DNA from: Minisyncoccia bacterium
Lineage (GTDB): Bacteria; Patescibacteriota; Minisyncoccia; Phycocordibacterales; DATDWN01
Direction of reading: 5' to 3'
Assembly: GCA_049296855.1 (NCBI GenBank)
Contig: JBAQTF010000012.1
Coordinates: 1,939 to 65,938 of the forward strand
DNA: 64,000 nucleotides
Positions 10,296-20,075 of the stretch are shown here, piece after piece. Positions within the stretch are counted from its first letter, which is position 1. The number at the start of each line of letters is the position of its first letter. The position numbers and the translations under genes are program-made. The notes beneath the pieces were generated by a model. It saw only the letters and a list, made by a program, of their open reading frames with translations. It was not told the DNA's origin and made no database searches.

Positions 10296-11211
10296 TTAGT
10301 GAATGACCATCTACAAACATACTACCAGAGTTAGTTCTTTTTGCCTCTATTATTTTCACACTGCCTTTTGATTCTAGTTCTCTGAGATAATTTAAAAAAC
10401 CATTTATGTATTTTCTCTTTTTGAAATATTCTATTGATAGGTAATCCGGTAGTCTGTTTGGGTCTAGAATTTCGGCTATCGGTTCAATATTGACGACCAC
10501 TTCTGGTTTGTTTTTCAAAATATAGTCAACGAATTTTTTATAATCTTCACCAGTTTGTTCCAGAGAAGCAAAAGTAAATACTGCTGATTTTGGTGCGATT
10601 TTGAAACTAGAATCTGGATTGAAGTAGTCAAATTTTTTACCAAAAAGTTTTTTATCTCCGAGATTTTTTGCAATCTGCTCTATTCCTTTCTGACTTGATT
10701 CTACCCAGTCCATTCCCCAGATAGTTGCCGCTCTGTTTATTTCACGCATTTTTAAGAGGTTATGTCCTGGTCCACAGCCAAATTCATAGAGATTTTCATA
10801 TTTTCGGAAGTATTTGTCTAAAACATAGTACGTGAGTGTATTTACAATATTTATCTCAAAATCTTTTGAAACCGCTTTTACGAACTCTCCATTGATTCTC
10901 AGGATGTCGTATTTTCCGTAGTATTTTGGAATAAGAAATTTCTCATCCATATTTTCTTTGTATGCGTCCGCGTTTTCTTTCCAACCTTTTTGCCATTGTT
11001 CAAGCCTATGTTTTCCTGAAAAAGGGATTGAATCATCCAGTAAGACAGAGATTATTTTAAGTATTACTTCGTCTCTTTCTTTTGTGCTCAGAGTATTATA
11101 TTTTAGTTTATAACTTTTTATTTTTTTTGCGAGAAAAGGTGAAACTTTGTCATTTATCATTTTCTCATAGTCTTTTTCATTTATACTCTTTTGCATATTA
11201 TTTAGTTTCAA
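10276..11211 (-). CDS. Class I SAM-dependent methyltransferase
   Basis: YEFGCGPGHNLLKM motif. Confidence 0.65.
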   Translation of the reverse strand: MKLNNMQKSINEKDYEKMINDKVSPFLAKKIKSYKLKYNTLSTKERDEVILKIISVLLDDSIPFSGKHRLEQWQKGWKENADAYKENMDEKFLIPKYYGKYDILRINGEFVKAVSKDFEINIVNTLTYYVLDKYFRKYENLYEFGCGPGHNLLKMREINRAATIWGMDWVESSQKGIEQIAKNLGDKKLFGKKFDYFNPDSSFKIAPKSAVFTFASLEQTGEDYKKFVDYILKNKPEVVVNIEPIAEILDPNRLPDYLSIEYFKKRKYINGFLNYLRELESKGSVKIIEAKRTNSGSMFVDGHSLIVWKPL

Positions 11212-12247
11212 GTGGCCCAGGTTCTTGTCTGGTTAGTTTTTTCCACAGATCTAAAGACATATTAAGTATTCCGACGAAATTATTCTTTTCTATCTCCACC
11301 AAGTTTTCGCTTAGCCATTTTTCTATCGTCTTTATCGTATTTTCTAGACTATATTTTGGTTTCCAATTAAAGTCTTTTTCAAACGCTTTTGATGTAATTT
11401 GTAAATTACGAAGGTCTCCTAAGTCTCCCATCTGACCAATTTTGCATTTCACAACTTTTTGTATAGCCTCGCCGAATTGTTCTTTTGAAAGATTGTGACT
11501 GCCTATATTATATATAAGTTTTGGCCACCTATCTTTAGACATAATAGAAAAGTAACCACTTGTCATGTCTCTCACATCTATAGCTGCTCTATAGGCATTT
11601 AATTCAGATATTCTGATTAGACCTTGAGCTACAGCACAGTATGTAAAGTGATTTGGTAATAATTCGATTCTCATCCTAGGAGCAACACCGCAAACCGTTG
11701 CTGGACGGAGCATAATGATTTTAAATTTTGGATTTTTCTTAACTTTAGTTTTTATGTATTTCTCCATCTCTAATTTATATTTGCAGTAGTTATCCGTTGG
11801 TTCTGGTAGGGGAGCCTTCTCATCTAAAAGTTTCATTTCTTTTTGATTACCATAAAGACTTGATGTCGAGTTGTATATGATGGGGACTTTTAACTTTTCC
11901 GCCAGGTCAATAACTTTTTTTGAAGATTCATAGTTTAAATCTTTTGTGTAGTTTGGGTTATGATTTGCCGCCCAAACAGAAGAAAGCTCAGCAAAGTGAA
12001 AAATAAAATCCGGTTTAAAATCAACAATAGATTTTTTAAGAAGTTCTATGTTTCTAGTGTCTCCAATAACGTAACTTAGTTTTGTTTTAACTTTTTTCTC
12101 TTCCCCGATTTCCTTTAATATTTTTTTGTAATCCTGTTCGTAAATAAGTGAGTCATACAGGCAAACATCAAAGTCTTTTTTTAGCGCTTCTTTTGCTAAT
12201 TGTGAACCAAGGTAACCCAATCCTCCTGTAATAAAGATTTTTTGCAT
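11198..12247 (-). CDS. NAD-dependent epimerase/dehydratase (SDR family)
   Basis: N-terminus IFITGGLGYLGSQLAKE is a Rossmann fold. Extended SDR. Confidence 0.75.
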   Translation of the reverse strand: MQKIFITGGLGYLGSQLAKEALKKDFDVCLYDSLIYEQDYKKILKEIGEEKKVKTKLSYVIGDTRNIELLKKSIVDFKPDFIFHFAELSSVWAANHNPNYTKDLNYESSKKVIDLAEKLKVPIIYNSTSSLYGNQKEMKLLDEKAPLPEPTDNYCKYKLEMEKYIKTKVKKNPKFKIIMLRPATVCGVAPRMRIELLPNHFTYCAVAQGLIRISELNAYRAAIDVRDMTSGYFSIMSKDRWPKLIYNIGSHNLSKEQFGEAIQKVVKCKIGQMGDLGDLRNLQITSKAFEKDFNWKPKYSLENTIKTIEKWLSENLVEIEKNNFVGILNMSLDLWKKLTRQEPGPLETK

Positions 12248-12296
12248 TTCCTTAAGTTATCATAATTTTAACCTTGTGTCCAAAACTTTTTATACG

Positions 12297-12325
12297 TAAA
12301 AAAGCGTGGGACTTGCGTCCCACGC
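12297..12325 (-). terminator. Intrinsic terminator at the 3' end of the GC-rich HD gene
   Basis: On the minus strand: GCGTGGGAC-GCAA-GTCCCACGC followed by TTTTTT. It sits 26 nt downstream of the HD gene stop. Confidence 0.75.
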
Positions 12326-12350
12326 CTAATCTGTTTCCGATTGTTCGCCT

Positions 12351-13049
12351 CTACTCTTCCGGGAAGGGGTAAAGTCCGACGCTTTGCATCTCCTCGACGC
12401 ACCGCGACATGAAGTCGCGATAGTAGTCGAAGTATGGCTTACCCATCTCCTTGGCTTTCGGGAGGCGCAACATGTCCTCCCACTCAAGGTTGAACCAGAT
12501 CGCGTCGTAACACGACTGGATATTTCGGAACGTCGTTTGCGGATGTTTCCTACCGAGGTATTTCGGGATGCATGCCGGAATGTTGGGTCGGTGTTGTCCA
12601 CCCCGAATGAGGTTGAGTGCTCCCATGTTCGACAATCGATCTGCATCCTTGAGGGTCACTGTGACAGGGTTGTCCGCGTCACTGTTGCGCATTGAATGCT
12701 CCATCAATGCTTCACGCATGAACATGAGCTCGTCGTTTCTGAACTCCCCAACAGGCAGTAGCCCAAAGTATCGGTCCAACACTTCGCTTGTTTCACTGCC
12801 GAAGTGACGGTCGGTCGAGTGCATGAGTCCAACGACCCAGGTCATCTCGCCGACTCGCGGGGTTTCCGCGATGAGTGCGCTGGTCTGAGCGACCCGAAGG
12901 TCGTGGTCCCAGCCGTGCCCCATGGTTGTCTTTCCTGACGCGACGATGTCCTCGTGAGTCTTCTTCACCGCATCGTATAGAGCTTTGTATTTCGCTCTCA
13001 TTACCACGAATGTGTTGTACAGATACTGCTTTTTAGTCTCTGTTGCCAT
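12351..13049 (-). CDS. HD-domain protein (predicted metal-dependent phosphohydrolase), encoded in a GC-rich island
   Basis: H...HD...H...D pattern (GHGWDHDLRV, GLMHSTDRH, LKDADRL). Local GC is about 55-60% against about 35% in flanking genes. Purine-rich Shine-Dalgarno sequence AAAGGGGGG upstream. Confidence 0.7.
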   Translation of the reverse strand: MATETKKQYLYNTFVVMRAKYKALYDAVKKTHEDIVASGKTTMGHGWDHDLRVAQTSALIAETPRVGEMTWVVGLMHSTDRHFGSETSEVLDRYFGLLPVGEFRNDELMFMREALMEHSMRNSDADNPVTVTLKDADRLSNMGALNLIRGGQHRPNIPACIPKYLGRKHPQTTFRNIQSCYDAIWFNLEWEDMLRLPKAKEMGKPYFDYYRDFMSRCVEEMQSVGLYPFPEE

Positions 13050-13132
13050 CTCGACCCCCCTTTGAAAAAGGTTTTTACCTAGGAAAAGTTCTGTCTGGAC
13101 TCTATCACATTATTATAAAAAAGTCAAATATA

Positions 13133-14143
13133 TTATTTATACAACACTTTCTGCCACTCAATAGTTTTCTTTACCCCAACTTCTAGAGAAACGAAATCTT
13201 TTTTACCAAATTCGTTTTTAACTTTATCCAAATTTAAACTAACGTCTTCTGGTGCTCCAACCAGAGCTTGTTTTTCAGATTTAGGAATATTCACAGGCAC
13301 TTTTAAGTTTTTTCCAATAAGTTTAGCTAAATCAGCAATTGTCGTTCTGGAAATTCCTCCAACGTTATAGATATTGTCTTTTCCTTCTAAAAGTATTTTC
13401 CACATCATCCAGACTGCATCAGTAATATAACAGTATGTGCGGAGAGCCGAGCCGTCGTCCATCATGTTTATTTTCTTCTCTGTTAGAGCGCGGCCGATAA
13501 AAGAATTTAAAACACGCTTATCGTCTTTTTTTGTTCCGGGACCATAAGCTAAAGAAAGCCGCACAGATTTCGCATCTACTCCACTACTACGGAGGGTGGA
13601 GACAATAGCTTCACCACAGCGTTTGGCTTCTATGTAACATGAGCGTGGATGGTCTGTGTTTGTTGTACCGATTTCTGTCTCTTTGAAAGGTGGTTTCGAG
13701 AGTCCACTGTAGACTTCGCTTGTGCTCATGAATAAAAACTTTCCGCTATTATTTAATTTATCAAATAATTTCAAAGTGACAGCCGTGTTCATCTTTATGG
13801 TTTTTAGAGGGTTTTCCATAAATTTCCCTGGCTGACCATATCCTCCCGCATGAATAATAATGTCGGCTTTTGGTAATTTATTTACAAAATCATCATCGCA
13901 TAAGTCTCCCCCTATTACAGTAGCGTTTGCACCCTTAGATATTTCTTCCCAGTATTTTTCTGGTTTACTTTGGCAAACAGCATAAACTTTTACTCCGGTT
14001 TTTAAGAGTCCAGCTAGAAGATATGTTCCGACGAGTCCAGATGCTCCAGTAATCAAAACATTTTTGTTTTTTAATTGTGAAAAATCCACTCCTTTGATTG
14101 AACTTTTTGCGTCATCTATTATTATTTGGGCTAATTTATCCAT
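13133..14143 (-). CDS. NAD-dependent epimerase/dehydratase (SDR family)
   Basis: VLITGASGLVGTYLLAGLL Rossmann motif. Confidence 0.75.
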   Translation of the reverse strand: MDKLAQIIIDDAKSSIKGVDFSQLKNKNVLITGASGLVGTYLLAGLLKTGVKVYAVCQSKPEKYWEEISKGANATVIGGDLCDDDFVNKLPKADIIIHAGGYGQPGKFMENPLKTIKMNTAVTLKLFDKLNNSGKFLFMSTSEVYSGLSKPPFKETEIGTTNTDHPRSCYIEAKRCGEAIVSTLRSSGVDAKSVRLSLAYGPGTKKDDKRVLNSFIGRALTEKKINMMDDGSALRTYCYITDAVWMMWKILLEGKDNIYNVGGISRTTIADLAKLIGKNLKVPVNIPKSEKQALVGAPEDVSLNLDKVKNEFGKKDFVSLEVGVKKTIEWQKVLYK

Positions 14144-15017
14144 TGATTAGTTTCTTTAGTTTTTTATTTATTGCGTTAGGTGTCATTCCTAAATCCTTGT
14201 CGTGTTCTTCTGCTTTACCATATTTTGTCAGAAATCTTTTAGGCATACCAGCATGAACGATTTCAATAGCTTTTCCGGGAAAAGTATTTATCACGTCGGT
14301 GTCTAGTGCTCCTTCATAATAAGGTTCGCATATCAATATTTTATTTCCAGCGAGATTATTTTTTAGTGTCTTCGAGTCAAAAGGGAACAAGGTCGTGTAG
14401 TAAAGTATCGTTACATCTTCTTTTTCTGTCGCCTCTAGGACGGTTTTCAGCATTGGGCCAACAGCTATGACAGTAGCTTTTTTACCTTTTTTCACAACAT
14501 TCGCTTTACCGAATTTAACTTTTTTACTGTTTTCGTTCCCTCTCTCACTCAAACGAAAATAGGTTGGATTACCATCGGCGTAAGATTGTTTAAAAAGAGT
14601 GTCAAATTCCTCTGCTGTTCCCGGGACGATGATTTCCATTCCTGGGATATTTTTTAATATCGCAATGTCAGACGGACAGTGATGCGTTGCGCCAAGTGCT
14701 GCATAGTCATATGATGCACCGACACTGACAAAGTTTCCTCCGAGTTTCTGAAAAGCAAAATCTACTTTAATTTGCTCTAGTCCTCGTTCAACTATAAATG
14801 GGGTAATAGTGTGAACAACTGGTATTAAATTTGTTTTGGCCAGTCCTGCAGCTAGACTGATTGTTGCTTGTTCTAAGATCCCAATGTTATAAACTCGGGT
14901 GGGGTGTTTAGCGAAAGCATTTCTGAATCCAAATACACCAATATCTCCAAGTATCAAAACGAGTTTTTTGTCTTTATCTAGCACCTTCTCTAAAGTTTTT
15001 ACGAATTGTTTTCTCAT
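14136..15017 (-). CDS. Transketolase, C-terminal (pyrimidine-binding) subunit
   Basis: Transketolase Pyr domain and C-terminal domain. The gene is split from the upstream TPP-binding subunit. Confidence 0.75.
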   Translation of the reverse strand: MRKQFVKTLEKVLDKDKKLVLILGDIGVFGFRNAFAKHPTRVYNIGILEQATISLAAGLAKTNLIPVVHTITPFIVERGLEQIKVDFAFQKLGGNFVSVGASYDYAALGATHHCPSDIAILKNIPGMEIIVPGTAEEFDTLFKQSYADGNPTYFRLSERGNENSKKVKFGKANVVKKGKKATVIAVGPMLKTVLEATEKEDVTILYYTTLFPFDSKTLKNNLAGNKILICEPYYEGALDTDVINTFPGKAIEIVHAGMPKRFLTKYGKAEEHDKDLGMTPNAINKKLKKLING

Positions 15018-15030
15018 TATGTCTTTATAT

Positions 15031-15807
15031 CTAACTACTCAGTTCTTTCACAAGATTCTCGTACTCTTCTTTTGTTGGTGCTTTGTGGTGCCAAGCAGGA
15101 TTACCTTCCATAGTTTTACTTCCATAGCCTTTTATAGTTTCAGCTATTATGGCCAGTGGTTGTCCTATGTGAGGAGTTTTCAGTGCTTGATAAATCTCCT
15201 CTTGATTGTGACCACTAACTTTAATCACAACCCAATCAAATGACTTAAACTTTGATGCGATGTCACTCACAGACACAGCTCGGTCTGTCGAGTGGTTGTG
15301 ATCAACTATACAGATTAAGTTGTCTAATTTGTGATGACTGGCTAAAAGTGCTCCCTCCCAGACTGTACCCTCGTTACTTTCACCGTCGCCTATTATTGCA
15401 TAGACATTCGCTTTGTTTAGAGTGATTCGCATCCCTATAGCCATACCTACAGCAGTAGGGAAGCCATGACCAAGTGATCCAGTAGAAACTTCAACCCCAG
15501 GAACTTTTAGTGAATCTGGATGTCCACCAAGAATCCCTTCGAATTTTCCAAACGATTTCAAATGTTTTTTATGAAAAAATCCTTTGTCTGCGAGAATAGC
15601 ATACAAACCAAGAGAACCATGACCTTTGCTCAAAACGAATCTATCCCTTTTTGGATCGATTGGATTTTTCGGATTAAATTTTAAAACCTTGTCATATAGT
15701 ACGACCAATATATCCAAAATAGAAAAAGCACTAGGAATATGACCTTCTCCAGAGTTGTATGAAGCTTCAACTATTGAAATCTTTAGTTGGTTTATTCTAT
15801 CTTTCAT
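15031..15807 (-). CDS. Transketolase, N-terminal (thiamine-diphosphate-binding) subunit
   Basis: GHIPSAFS...GSLGHGFPTAVGMA...GDGESNEG is the TPP-binding transketolase signature. Confidence 0.8.
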   Translation of the reverse strand: MKDRINQLKISIVEASYNSGEGHIPSAFSILDILVVLYDKVLKFNPKNPIDPKRDRFVLSKGHGSLGLYAILADKGFFHKKHLKSFGKFEGILGGHPDSLKVPGVEVSTGSLGHGFPTAVGMAIGMRITLNKANVYAIIGDGESNEGTVWEGALLASHHKLDNLICIVDHNHSTDRAVSVSDIASKFKSFDWVVIKVSGHNQEEIYQALKTPHIGQPLAIIAETIKGYGSKTMEGNPAWHHKAPTKEEYENLVKELSS

Positions 15808-15812
15808 ATTTT

Positions 15813-17084
15813 CTATGAAATTTTTTCTGTTTTGTAATCCAATATGTTAGATACCTTACCCCAATATGCATCACCTTGTACAGGTTGTCTTGAGTTATTT
15901 TCGTTTGTTATTTCAATACTGATATCTTTTACTGTATCAACGCTACCTCTACCATCACTCAAATGTTTTAACCCAATATTTAGGAAAAGTACTCCGATTT
16001 GGAATAAATATGCTGGTATTTCAACACGAGTCCTGTATTTACCAGGTTCATAGTTCCTGTATCTACCTTCAATATCTCCTTCAGTAGAAAATAAAAGTAA
16101 TTCTCCTTGATAAAAGAAATATAAGAAAAGAAGTTTTTTTTCAAGTGGTTTACGTACTTCATAGTCAATCTCAATGGAGAATTTTTCTCCGATGGGTATT
16201 TGTGCTTGAGGTTTACCATCTTGACTTAAAATAGTTACTTTTTTAATTTGGCCTTCCAAAGTTTCTTTAGCCGGGTATTCTACGATTGAATTTAAAGTTC
16301 TTTCTACGTTAAGGTAGTAGTTCACTACTTCTGAGGTCTCGCCAAATTTAATCAACTCACCGTGTTTAAGCAAGATTGTCTTTGTACACAATCTTTCTAT
16401 AGCATCCAGATTGTGACTAACGAATATAATAGTTCTACCACCAGCCTTAGTAATATCGTCCATTTTCCCTAAACATTTTTTCTGAAATTCTGCGTCACCA
16501 ACAGCTAAAACCTCGTCGACAATTAAAATATCTGGTTCCATATGAGCTGCGACAGAGAAAGCAAGACGGACATACATTCCACTAGAATAATATTTAACTG
16601 GAGTATCAAGGAACTTTCTGACGCCAGAAAACTCGACTATTTCTTCAAACTTACCCGCCACTTCTTTTTTGGTCATTCCAAGAATAGCGCCGTTAAGAAA
16701 AATGTTTTCTCTTCCAGTTAATTCTGGATGGAAACCAGTGCCGACTTCAAGTAGTGAACCAACACGCCCACGGATTTTTATTTCTCCTGTGGTTGGTGGT
16801 GTGATTTGAGATAAAATTTTAAGTAAAGTAGATTTACCTGCACCATTTGGGCCTATAACTCCTATAATTTCTCCTTTTTTAATTGTAAGATTTAAACCTT
16901 TTACCGCCCAAAACTCTTCCTTTTTTTCAAATCCTATAATTGATATAGCTTTAACTTTCAGGAATTTTAATGGGGATTTTAGTATTGTCATTATGACATC
17001 TCGCAAGGCAACATAACCGCCACGCTCCCGTGTGATATCGTATTTTTTTCCTAAGTTTTTTATTTCAATTACATTGCCTTTCAT
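15813..17084 (-). CDS. ABC transporter ATP-binding protein, polysaccharide export (Wzt/TagH-like) with C-terminal extension
   Basis: Walker A motif GPNGAGKSTLLKIL plus ABC signature. There is a roughly 170-aa C-terminal extra domain, as in Wzt. Confidence 0.8.
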   Translation of the reverse strand: MKGNVIEIKNLGKKYDITRERGGYVALRDVIMTILKSPLKFLKVKAISIIGFEKKEEFWAVKGLNLTIKKGEIIGVIGPNGAGKSTLLKILSQITPPTTGEIKIRGRVGSLLEVGTGFHPELTGRENIFLNGAILGMTKKEVAGKFEEIVEFSGVRKFLDTPVKYYSSGMYVRLAFSVAAHMEPDILIVDEVLAVGDAEFQKKCLGKMDDITKAGGRTIIFVSHNLDAIERLCTKTILLKHGELIKFGETSEVVNYYLNVERTLNSIVEYPAKETLEGQIKKVTILSQDGKPQAQIPIGEKFSIEIDYEVRKPLEKKLLFLYFFYQGELLLFSTEGDIEGRYRNYEPGKYRTRVEIPAYLFQIGVLFLNIGLKHLSDGRGSVDTVKDISIEITNENNSRQPVQGDAYWGKVSNILDYKTEKIS

Positions 17085-17101
17085 ATTTTTCTTTAATATT
17101 T

Positions 17102-17998
17102 TTACAGGACATCAGCAAAATATCTCTCAGTCTTTTTAAAAACATATACACCAAAGATCATTAACACAGTTGTACCAGCAAGAGAAATTGATATAAGAAT
17201 CCAATTTATAGGAGCTGTCCCTAGGATGGCCGCTCGGGCACTTTGTATCACCCCCATCATTGGGTTAAGAGCTAAAATCCAAGAATATTTTCCCGCGATA
17301 CTTGCTGGATAAATAACTGGAGTTAAAAACATTAATATTTGAATAAAAAATGGCAAAACATATCGAACATCTCTGTATTTTACATTGATTGCTGATAAGA
17401 ATAATCCACTACCAACAGATGCCATAAAAGTAATTATTAATAGAAGGGGTAGAATCAATAGACCAGATAGGTGAGGAACATATCCATAATAAAACATAAG
17501 TCCGATTAGAATAATGGTAGCAACAGCAAAATCAATTAACTTTGTGATTACCGAGGAAACTGGCAAAATCAGTCTAGGAAAATATACTTTAGTTATTATG
17601 GCCTGGTTACTTGTTAGTGCACTACTAGTATCTCCAAGAGCACTGGAGAAAAATTGCCAAAACAGAAGACCGACATAAACAAAAATAGGATAGGGGACCC
17701 CATCCGATGGCATTTTAGCTAGGCCTCCGAAAAACACAGAAAAAACCACCATTGTTATAAAGGGTTGGAAGATAGCCCAAGCAACACCTATAAATGTTTG
17801 TTTATATCGTACTTTAAGATCTCTCCATGTAAAAAAATATAGGAGCTCTTTATAACGCCAAATTTCTCGGAAATCCTCTAGACTGAAGGTTTTCTTAGGT
17901 TTTATGACAGTTTCTCTAAGGGTATTGGGTTGAGTCATATTTTGAGCAGTATAACAGAAAAACCACTTTTTTTCTATTTTTTCTAAAAGTAGAATCAA
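17102..17998 (-). CDS. ABC-2 type polysaccharide exporter permease (Wzm/TagG-like)
   Basis: Six predicted TM helices and an ABC-2 family pattern. The true start may be the internal MTQPNTL. Confidence 0.75.
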   Translation of the reverse strand: MILLLEKIEKKWFFCYTAQNMTQPNTLRETVIKPKKTFSLEDFREIWRYKELLYFFTWRDLKVRYKQTFIGVAWAIFQPFITMVVFSVFFGGLAKMPSDGVPYPIFVYVGLLFWQFFSSALGDTSSALTSNQAIITKVYFPRLILPVSSVITKLIDFAVATIILIGLMFYYGYVPHLSGLLILPLLLIITFMASVGSGLFLSAINVKYRDVRYVLPFFIQILMFLTPVIYPASIAGKYSWILALNPMMGVIQSARAAILGTAPINWILISISLAGTTVLMIFGVYVFKKTERYFADVL

Positions 17999-18960
17999 TT
18001 CAAATTTTTTGAATGATTATTGATATACCAGTTAATTGTCTTCCTTAATCCTGTTTCAAAGTCTATTTTTGAGACAAATCCAAACTCTTTTTTAGCTTTA
18101 CTTACATCAAGTTTTCGTCTTGGCTGACCATCTGGTTTCGTCTTGTCCCAAACTACTTTTCCATTAAACCCCACAATTTTTGAAATAATTTTTACCAAAT
18201 CTTTTATTTTTATTTCAAAATTACTCCCAATATTTATTGGACGAGAGTCATTATGTTTTATGGTTGCTAGAACGATAGCTCTCGCTGCATCATCTACATA
18301 TAAAAATTCTCGACTGGCTTTTCCTGTGCCCCACACAACGACTTCAGATTTATTTTGTCCCTTTGCTTCGACAAAGCGTTTAATCAGAGCTGGTATTACA
18401 TGTGAATGATCGGGATGAAAATTGTCTCCAGGTCCATAAAGGTTTACACATACTGGATTTATACCATTAAAGCCATATTGTTGTCTGTATGCTTCTAACT
18501 GAACAACGAGCATTTTTTTCGCCAATCCATAAGGAGCGTTGGTTTCTTCTGGATAACCTATCCAAATGTCTTCTTCTCTAAATGGTATTCTAATCGGTAT
18601 TTTGGGGTAAGCGCAAACGGTTCCAACTTGAACAAATTTTTTCACCTTTGCTTTTCGAGCTTCTTCTATCAAATGGATTCCCATCACTGCATTATCATAA
18701 AACAATGTCCCAGGAAATTTTTTATTGAAACCAATACCTCCAACTGTCGCCGCCAAATGGATGATAATATCTTTTTCTTTCACTGCTTTTTCACAATTTT
18801 TTTGAATTCTCAAATCTAGTTCTTTACTTCGCGGACGAAAAATATTTTTTTCTTTTGCTCCATTACGAATCAATTCATTAAAAACAGTTTGACCAAGAAA
18901 GCCGTGACCACCAGTTAGTAGTATTTTTGAGTTTTTTAAATCTATTTCATCTTTTTTCAT
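17995..18960 (-). CDS. fcl: GDP-L-fucose synthase (GDP-4-keto-6-deoxy-D-mannose 3,5-epimerase-4-reductase)
   Basis: [12 protein letters not shown]...HLAATVGGI...GTVCAYPK motifs of Fcl/WcaG. Confidence 0.85.
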   Translation of the reverse strand: MKKDEIDLKNSKILLTGGHGFLGQTVFNELIRNGAKEKNIFRPRSKELDLRIQKNCEKAVKEKDIIIHLAATVGGIGFNKKFPGTLFYDNAVMGIHLIEEARKAKVKKFVQVGTVCAYPKIPIRIPFREEDIWIGYPEETNAPYGLAKKMLVVQLEAYRQQYGFNGINPVCVNLYGPGDNFHPDHSHVIPALIKRFVEAKGQNKSEVVVWGTGKASREFLYVDDAARAIVLATIKHNDSRPINIGSNFEIKIKDLVKIISKIVGFNGKVVWDKTKPDGQPRRKLDVSKAKKEFGFVSKIDFETGLRKTINWYINNHSKNLN

Positions 18961-19990
18961 CTTTTTCTTTTTCTAGATCAGCTTCAGTCATTATTTTTAC
19001 TAATTCTTTAAATTTGACTTTAGGTTTCCATCCAAGATTTTTTCGAGCTTTGCTATAGTCTCCTAGCAATAAATCTACTTCAGCTGGACGAAAATACAAT
19101 GGATCAATCTCCACGATAATTTTTCCTGTTTTTTTATCTATGCCTTTTTCTTTTACACCCTTTCCCTTCCATATAATATCCATGCCCAATATTTTTGCAG
19201 ACTCTTCGACGAACTCTCTTACAGAGTGGGTTTCATTTGTTGCTAATATATAGTCTCCAGGTTTTTTTGCTTGAAGCATAAGCCACATACCATAAACGTA
19301 ATCTTTTGCGTAACCCCAATCTCTTTTTGCATCGAGATTCCCTAAATATAATTTTTCGTCAATACCTAACTTTACCCTAGATAAACCCCTTGTAATTTTT
19401 CTGGTGACAAATGTTTCTCCACGTCTAGGAGATTCATGATTAAACAAGATTCCGTTTACTGCAAACATGTTGTAACTTTCTCTGTAGTTTTTTGTTATCC
19501 AATATGCGTAAACTTTTGCTACTCCATATGGTGAGCGTGGATGGAACATGCTAGTTTCCTTGAGTGGTATCTCTGCCGCTTGACCAAACATTTCACTCGA
19601 AGAAGCTTGGTAGAATCTTGTTTTGTCCAATCCAACTTGTCTCATAGTATCAAGAATTCTAAGAGTCCCAAGTCCCGTAACACCTCCTGTATATTCTGGA
19701 AGATCAAAACTAACTTTAACATGGCTTTGGGCTCCAAGATGATAGATTTCGTCCGGTTTAACTTTTGCAAGTATTCTAGTGAGGCTATTCCCATCAGATA
19801 AGTCTCCGTAATGGAGATGTAGTCGACTTCTCCTCTCGTGCGGGTCTTTATATATGTGGTTTATTCTAGCAGTGTTAAAAGAACTAGATCGACGAATAAT
19901 ACCATGTACCTCGTAACCTTTGTCTAAAAGTAATTCAGTCAGATAAGAGCCATCTTGACCAGTGATACCTGTAATTAAGGCTTTTTTCAT
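18947..19990 (-). CDS. gmd: GDP-mannose 4,6-dehydratase
   Basis: N-terminus [43 protein letters not shown] is highly characteristic of Gmd. Confidence 0.9.
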   Translation of the reverse strand: MKKALITGITGQDGSYLTELLLDKGYEVHGIIRRSSSFNTARINHIYKDPHERRSRLHLHYGDLSDGNSLTRILAKVKPDEIYHLGAQSHVKVSFDLPEYTGGVTGLGTLRILDTMRQVGLDKTRFYQASSSEMFGQAAEIPLKETSMFHPRSPYGVAKVYAYWITKNYRESYNMFAVNGILFNHESPRRGETFVTRKITRGLSRVKLGIDEKLYLGNLDAKRDWGYAKDYVYGMWLMLQAKKPGDYILATNETHSVREFVEESAKILGMDIIWKGKGVKEKGIDKKTGKIIVEIDPLYFRPAEVDLLLGDYSKARKNLGWKPKVKFKELVKIMTEADLEKEKDEKR

Positions 19991-20075
19991 AATGTAGGGA
20001 ATAATAGCAGATTAGCCTATTTTTTTCTAGCCTAATTTTTATTTTTACTAGCGTTTAAAAACTTGATTTGGTATA

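Noticed and set aside
12326-12807. Long alternative-frame ORFs (12326-12646 -, 12384-12695 +, 12568-12807 +) inside the HD gene island
   Set aside because: High GC suppresses stop codons, so spurious ORFs are expected. Only the 12351-13049 frame has the HD motifs, a ribosome-binding site and a terminator.
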